From Mobula hypostoma (lineage: Eukaryota), in the NCBI RefSeq assembly GCF_963921235.1, contig NC_086108.1:74154001-74218000 (forward strand): a stretch of DNA of 64,000 bases, in the 5' to 3' direction. A program made the position numbers and the translations under genes. Below, in pieces: positions 57,179 to 64,000 of this stretch (the first letter of the stretch is position 1; each line of letters opens with the position of its first letter). The notes under the pieces are model-generated. The model worked only from the letters and a program-made list of their open reading frames with translations. It was not told the DNA's origin and searched no databases.

Positions 57179-60100
57179 TCAGAATCCTACACCAGCCTTC
57201 CCTCCATACCCCCTGATCCCCGTAGCCACAAGGGCCATATCTAACTCCCTCTTAAATATAGCCAATGAACCGGCCTCAACTGTTTCCTGTGGCAGAGAAT
57301 TCCACAGATTCACCACTCTCTGTGTGAAGAAGTTTTTCCCAATCTCAGTCCTAAAAGGCTTCCCCTTTATCCTCAAACTGTGACCCCTCGTTCTGGACTT
57401 CCCCAACATCGGGGACAATCTTCCTGCATCTAGCCTGTCCAATCCCTTTAGGATTTTATATGTTTCAATCAGATCCCCCCCCTCAATCTTCTAAATTCCA
57501 ACAAGTACAAGCCTAGTTCATCCAGTCTTTCTTCATATGAAAGTCCTGCCATCCCAGGAATCAATCTGGTGAACCTTCTTTGTACTCCCTCTATGGCAAG
57601 GATGTCTTTCCTCAGATTAGGGGACCAAAATTGCACACAATACTCCAGGTGTGGTCTCACCAAGGCCTTGTACAACTGCAGTAGTACCTCCCTGCTCCTG
57701 TACTCGAATCCTCTCGCTATAAATGCCAGCATACCATTCGCCTTTTTCACCGCCTGCTCTACCTGCATGCCCGCTTTCAATGACTGGTGTATAATGACAC
57801 CCAGGTCTCGTTGCACCTCCCCTTTTCCTAATCGGCCACCATTCAGATAATAATCTGTTTTCCTATTTTTGCCACCAAAGTGGATAACTTCACATTTATC
57901 CACATTAAATTGCATCTGCCATGAATTTGCCCACTCACCCAACCTATCCAAGTCACCCTGCATCCTCTTAGCATCCTCCTCACAGCTAACACTGCCGCCC
58001 AGCTTCGTGTCATCCGCAAACTTGGAGATGCTGCATTTAATTCCCTCATCCAAGTCATTAGTATATATTGTAAACAACTGGGGTCCCAGCACTGAGCCTT
58101 GCGGTACCCCACTAGTCACTGCCTGCCATTCTGAAAAGGTCCCGTTTATTCCCACTCTTTGCTTCCTGTCTGCTAACCAATTCTCTATCCACATCAATAC
58201 CTTACCCCCAATACCGTGTGCTTTAAGTTTGCACACTAATCTCCTGTGTGGGAACTTGTCAAAAGCCTTTTGAAAATCCAAATATACCACATCCACTGGT
58301 TCTCCCCTATCCACTCTACTAGTTACATCCTCAAAAAATTCTATGAGATTCGTCAGACATGATTTTCCTTTCACAAATCCATGCTGACTTTGTCCGATCA
58401 TTTCACCGCTTTCCAAATGTGCTGTTATCACATCTTTGATAACTGACTCCAGCAGTTTCCCCACCACCGACGTTAGGCTAACCAGTCTATAATTCCCCGG
58501 TTTCTCTCTCCCTCCTTTTTTAAAAAGTGGGGTTACATTAGCCACCCTCCAATCCTCAGGAACTAGTCCAGAATCTAACGAGTTTTGAAAAATTATCACT
58601 AATGCATCCACTATTTCTTGGGCTACTTCCTTAAGCACTCTGGGATGCAGACCATCTGGCCCTGGGGATTTATCTGCCTTTAATCCCTTCAATTTACCTA
58701 ACACCACTTCCCTACTAACATGTATTTCGCTCAGTTCCTCCATCTCACTGGACCCTCTGTCCCCTACTATTTCTGGAAGATTATTTATGTCCTCCTTAGT
58801 GAAGACAGAACCAAAGTAATTATTCAATTGGTCTGCCATGTCCTTGCTCCCCATAATCAATTCACCTGTTTCTGTCTGTAGGGGACCTACATTTGTCTTT
58901 ACCAGTCTTTTCCTTTTTACATATCTATAAAAGCTTTTACAGTCAGTTTTTATGTTCCCTGCCAGTTTTCTCTCATAATCTTTTTTCCCCTTCCTAATTA
59001 AGCCCTTTGTCCTCCTCTGCTGAACTCTGAATTTCTCCCAGTCCTCAGGTGAGCCACTTTTTCTGGCTAATTTGTATGCTTCTTCTTTGGAATTGATACT
59101 ATCCCTAATTTCTCTTGTCAGCCACGGGTGCACTACCTTCCTTGATTTATTCTTTTGCCAAACTGGGATGAACAATTGTTGTAGTTCATCCATGCAATCT
59201 TTAAATGCTTGCCATTGCATATCCACCGTCAATCCTTTAAGTGTCATTTGCCACTCCATCTGAGCTAATTCACGACTCATACCTTCAAAGTTACCCCTCT
59301 TCAAGTTCAGAATCTTTGTTTCTGAATTAACTATGTCACTCTCCATCTTAATGAAGAATTCCACCATATTATGGTCACTCTTACCCAAGGGGCCTCTCAC
59401 GACAAGATTGCTAATTAACCCTTCCTCATTGCTCAAAACCCAGTCCAGAATAGCCTGCTCTCTAGTTGGTTCCTCGACATGTTGGTTCAAAAAACCATCC
59501 CGCATACATTCCAAGAAATCCTCTTCCTCAGCACCTTTACCAATTTGGTTCACCCAGTCTACATGTAGATTGAAGTCACCCATTATAACTGCTGTTCCTT
59601 TATTGCACACATTTCTAATTTCCTGTTTAATACCATCTCCGACCTCACTACTACTGTTAGGTGGCCTGTACACAACTCCCACCAGCGTTTTCTGCCCCTT
59701 ACTGTTATGCAGCTCTACCCATATCGATTCCACATCTTCCCGGCTTATGTCCTTCCTTTCTATTGCGTTAATCTCATCTTTAACCAGCAACACCACCCCA
59801 CCTCCTTTTCTTTCATGTCTATCCCTCCTGAATATTGAATATCCCTGAATGTTGAGCTCCCATCCTTGGTCACCCTGGAGCCACGTCTCTGTGATCCCAA
59901 CTATATCATAATCATTAATAACAATCTGCACTTTCAATTCATCCACCTTGTTACGAATGTTCCTTGCATTGACACACAAAGCCTTCAGGCGCTCTTTTAC
60001 AACTCTCTTAGCCCTTATACAATTATGTTGAAAAGTGACCCTTTTTGATGCTTGCCCTGGATTTGTCAGCCTGCCACTTTTACTTTTCTCCTTACTACTT

Positions 60101-60213
60101 TTTGCTTCTACCCTCACTTTACACCCCTCTGTCTCTCTGCACTGGTTCCCATCCCCCTGTTGTGAACTAACCTCCTCTCGCCTAGCCTCTTTAATTTGAT
60201 TCCCACCCCCCAA
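57179..60213 (-). pseudogene. CR1 ORF2 (APE endonuclease + reverse transcriptase) with one frameshift
   Basis: GITETW, VYRPP, MGDFN, SDHN, KSPGPDG, LDFQKAFD, PQGSVLGP, FADDTK. The frame breaks at the G8 run (57475-57482) and resumes in ORF 57179-57442. Confidence 0.92.
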
Positions 60214-60218
60214 CCATT

Positions 60219-60752
60219 CTAGTTTAAAGTCACCTCAGTAGCCCTCGCTAATCTCCCTGCCAGGATATTGGTCCCCCTAGGATTCAAGTGTAACCCGTCC
60301 TTTTTGTACAGGTCACACCTGCGCCAAAAGAGGTCCCAATGATCCAAAAACTTGAATCCCTGCCTCCTGCTCCAATCCCTCAGCCACGCATTTATCCTCC
60401 ACCTCATCGCATTCCTATTCTCACTGTCGCGTGGCACAGGCAGTAATCCCGAGATTACTACCTTTGCAGTCCTTTTTCTCAACTCCCTTCCTAGCTCCCT
60501 ATATTCTCCTTTCAGGACCTCTTCCCTTTTCCTACCTATGTCATTGGTACCTATATGTACCACGACCTCTGGCTCCTCACCCTCCCACTTCAGGATATCT
60601 TGAACATGATCAGAAATATCCCGGACCCTGGCACCAGGGAGGCAAACTACCATCCGGGTCTCTGGACTGCATCCACAGAATCACCTATCTGACCCCCTTA
60701 CTATCGAGTCCCCTATCACAACTGCCCTCCTCTTCCTTCCCCTACCCTTCTG
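60219..60752 (-). pseudogene. CR1 ORF1 C-terminal SGNH/GDSL esterase domain, one in-frame stop
   Basis: VVIGDSIVRG (block I), LPGA, HIGTND (block III), DGLHLN (block V); TGA after GSDR. Confidence 0.88.
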
Positions 60753-61569
60753 AGAAGCTGATATCACAACACCAAGCCCATCCATCTCATTGAAAGGTGA
60801 AAAAGCAATGAACTGGTGAATAGTTGGTCTAATAATGCACTCTGTAGCATTGATGATAAAAATTGTTTTACTGTAATTCAAGAAATAATTGTATTTGTAG
60901 CTTTAAACAGATTTGAATATTTTTTGCAAATGATTTGTCACTGCTTTAAATTTGCAATTCCTATTTTCTTTCACTGCGCATCGTAAATCAAAATTCTTTA
61001 CAGTTTTTACGTAATGTCCGGAAAGGGAGGGGGCACTGGGGATGTGGTCTGGGAGTCAATAGGGCAACAATCCAAAGAGGTTTGGGAACCATTGTTAGAA
61101 ACCTTTCCAATTCATGTGTTTGTCTAAATGCCTTTTAAACATTGTAACTGTACCCACCTTTACAGTATCCTATGGTAGCTTGTTTTACATATTCACTATG
61201 AAAAAGTTGCACCTCAGGTCTGTTCTGAATCTTTTCCCTCTCACCTTTCATCCCTGACCTCTAGTTTTAGACTCACCCACCCTGGGAAAAAGACTATGAC
61301 CATTCACTTTATCTATCCCCCCTCATGATTGTATAAATAAAGTCACCCCTCACTTTCCTCCACTCTGTTGATTTCACAGTTCTGAAACACAAAGCTGTTC
61401 CGAATAGCAGAGTGCTCCATGTTACAAATAACTACTAGCTTCCTACATGGCTATCATCCATATTGTAATTTTACATAGCAGCATGAAACCTATTATGGCA
61501 CTTTGTATACATTTTCTACTCCCACTCCTAATCTCATTGGCCCACTTAAATAGCCTCTCTTGAACTATC

Positions 61570-64000
61570 ATAGTCATAAGCAGGGCACAGAAACTGGCCC
61601 TTCAGCACAGCTGGTCCGTGCCGAAACCATTTAAACTGCCTCCTCCCAACGACCTGCACTGGGACCATAGCCCTTCATATCCCGACTATCCATGTACCTA
61701 TCCAAACTTCTCTAAATGTTGAAATCGAGCTCGCATGGTCCACTTGTGCTGGCACCTCATTCCTTCCACATTCTTTCGACACTCTGAGTGAAGTTTCCCC
61801 TTAAACTTCTCATCTTTCACCCTTAACACATGACCCAACTTCAGTGGAAAAAGCCTGCTTGCATTTACCCTATCTATACCCCTCATAATATTGTAAACCT
61901 CCATCAACTATCCTCTCAATCTTCTACATACTGAAGAATACAGTCCTAACCTATTCAATCTTTCCTTATAACTCAGGTCCTCCAGACCTGGCAACATCCT
62001 TGTAAGTTTTCTCTGTACTCTTTAAACCTTGTTTACAGTTTTCCTGCAGGTTGGCAGCCAAAACTGCAAACACTACTCCAAATTAGGCCTCACCAACGAC
62101 GTATACAACTTCAACATAACATCCCATCTCCTGTACTCAATACATTGATTTATGAAGGCCAATGTGCCAAACACTTTCTTTACAACCCTGTCTACCTGTG
62201 ACACTGCTTTCGATGAATTATGGACTTGTATTCCTGGATCCCTTTGTTCTACCACATTCCTCAGTGACCTACTGTTCACTGTGTAGGACCTACCCTGCTT
62301 GGACCGACTGAAGTGCAAAACTTTGCACTTGTCTGCATTAAATTTCATCTGCCATTTTCAGCCCATTTTTACAGCTGATACAGACCCTTCTGCAAGTCAT
62401 GATCGCCTTCCTCACTGTCCACTACACACCAATCTACGTTTCATCTGCAAATTTGCTGACCCAGTTCACAACAATATCATCCAGATCATTGATAAAGATG
62501 ACAAACAACAAATGACCCAGTACTGATCCCTGCAGCGCAGCACTGGTCACAGGCCTCCAGTCAGAGAGGCAACCATCTACTACCACTCTCTGGCTTCTAC
62601 AAAGCTAATGTCTCATCCAATTTACTACCTCATCCTGAGTGCCAAGCCACTGAACCTTCTTGACCAGCCTCCCACGTAGGATCTTGTCAAATGCCTTACT
62701 AAAGTCTATGGAGACAACGTCCACTGTCTTGCCTTCATCCACTTTCCTGGTAACCTCCTTGTAAAACCTTACAAGATTGGTTTGACATGATCGAATGCAC
62801 ACAGAGCTACGCTGACTATCCTTAATCAATCCATGTCTATTCAAATACTTGTATATCCAGTCCCTTAGAATACCTTCCAATAACTTTCCCACAACTGATG
62901 TCAGACTCACTGGCCTATAATATCCTTGTTTATGTTTAGAGTCTTTTTAAACATTGGAACAACATTGGTTATCCTCCATTCCTCTCTCCTGTCGCTAAGG
63001 ATGTTTTAAATATTTCTGCTAGGACCCAGCAATTTCTGCATTTGCCTCCCGTAGGGTCCGTGGGAACACCTTGTCAGACCCTGGGGATTTATCCGCCATG
63101 ATTTGCCTCAAGGTAGCAAACACCTCCTCCTCTAATCTGTACAGGGTCCATGAAGTTGATTTCACTTTGCCTCACTCTATAAACTCTGTGTCCTTCTCCA
63201 AAGTAAATACAGATGCAAAGAATTCATTTAAGATATCCCCAATCTATTTTGTCTCCACATGGCCACTCTGGTTTTCCAGAGAACCAATTTTGTCCCTTGC
63301 AATCCTTTTGCTCATAACATATCTGTAGAATCCCTTAGGATTCTCCTTCAGTTTGTCTGCTAGAGCAACTTCATACCTTCTTTTAGCCTTCCTGATTTCT
63401 TTCTTAAGTGTTCCTTATACTCGATAAGCACCTCATTTGTTCCTCCTTGCCTATACCTACTATGCAGCTCCTTTTTTCTCTTAAACAGGGCCTCAATATC
63501 TTTTGAAAACCAAGGTTTCCTCCACTTGTCATCTTTACCTTTTATTCTGCAGCACATTCAAGCATTGTACTCTCAAACTTTCATTTTTGAAGGCCTCCCA
63601 CTTTCCAAGTGCAGTTTTGCCAGAAAACAGCCTGTCCCAGTCCACACTTGCCAGATCATTTCTGATACCATTAAAATTGGCCTTTCTCCAAATTGAAATC
63701 TCAACTTGCAGACTAGACCTATCTTTTTTCATACTTACTTTGAAATTAATGGCATTGTAGTCACTAGATGCAAAATGTTTCCCCTACACAAACTTCTGTC
63801 ACCTGCCCTGTCTCATTCCCTAATAGCAGGACCAGCACCGCACGCTCTCTCATTGGGACTTCTACGTATTGATGAAGGAAACTTTCCTGAACACATTTGA
63901 CAAACTCTATCCCATCTAGTCCTTTTACATTAGGGGATTCCCAGTCAATATGTGGAAAGTTAAAATCGCCTTATGTTTCTTGCAACAGTTTGCGATCTCT
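61570..64000 (-). mobile_element. Decayed CR1 LINE running off the window
   Basis: ORF fragments 63535-63732, 63360-63557, 62605-62910 (SLTSVVGKLLE, DFSKAFD), 62073-62348 and 61698-61907. Confidence 0.9.

Larger units (their letters stand above)
57084..60752 (-). mobile_element. Young near-complete CR1 LINE (3' part of ORF1, full ORF2, 3' UTR)
   Basis: 914-aa ORF2 with APE and RT, upstream esterase ORF1, (TTCTATGT) tail; 5'-truncated within ORF1. Confidence 0.97.
55118..61094 (+). mobile_element. Decayed hAT (Charlie/Buster, ZBED5-like) DNA transposon, split by CR1
   Basis: TIRs CAGTGGTTCCAAAA / TTTGGGAACCATTG; 8-bp TSD TTCTAAAC / TTAGAAAC. Transposase remnants IPLSDNSVQR, FALQLDEP, ELLF, VIHR, and C-terminal PDV|EKLISQHQAHPSH* on either side of the CR1; many stops. 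Confidence 0.85.

Noticed and set aside
57569..60793. Plus-strand ORFs inside the CR1 (e.g. 59333-59848, 57869-58273)
   Set aside because: Antisense open frames that recur in CR1 copies here; no independent evidence of coding.
29512..64000. Strand bias of LINEs relative to host genes
   Set aside because: CR1 copies are mostly antisense in IPP but sense in TMEM69, and Rex copies are sense in IPP; no consistent pattern and few copies.

Overview
Eukaryotic, intron-rich vertebrate DNA; the repeat set (CR1, Rex1/Babar, V-SINE/HE1-like, Penelope) points to a cartilaginous fish, probably a ray (inference). Three host genes were read from splice sites. (1) The last three coding exons of a riboflavin-binding-protein (RfBP/folate-receptor family) gene, + strand, 757-13081. 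(2) A complete 8-coding-exon IPP/KLHL27 BTB-BACK-Kelch gene, + strand, 27202-49863, 592 aa. (3) Convergent TMEM69, - strand, two coding exons, 247 aa. Much of the rest is transposon-derived, including three multi-level nested insertions, a Mag-type Gypsy element with ~140-bp LTRs, a near-intact CR1 with an SGNH-esterase ORF1, and a decayed hAT (Charlie/Buster) transposon. The most interesting non-coding signal is a dispersed family of Penelope-derived minimal type I hammerhead ribozyme motifs. It includes a TSD-flanked 66-bp perfect hairpin whose inversion point coincides with the predicted self-cleavage site. All family assignments come from motif recognition and recalled reference proteins, not database searches.
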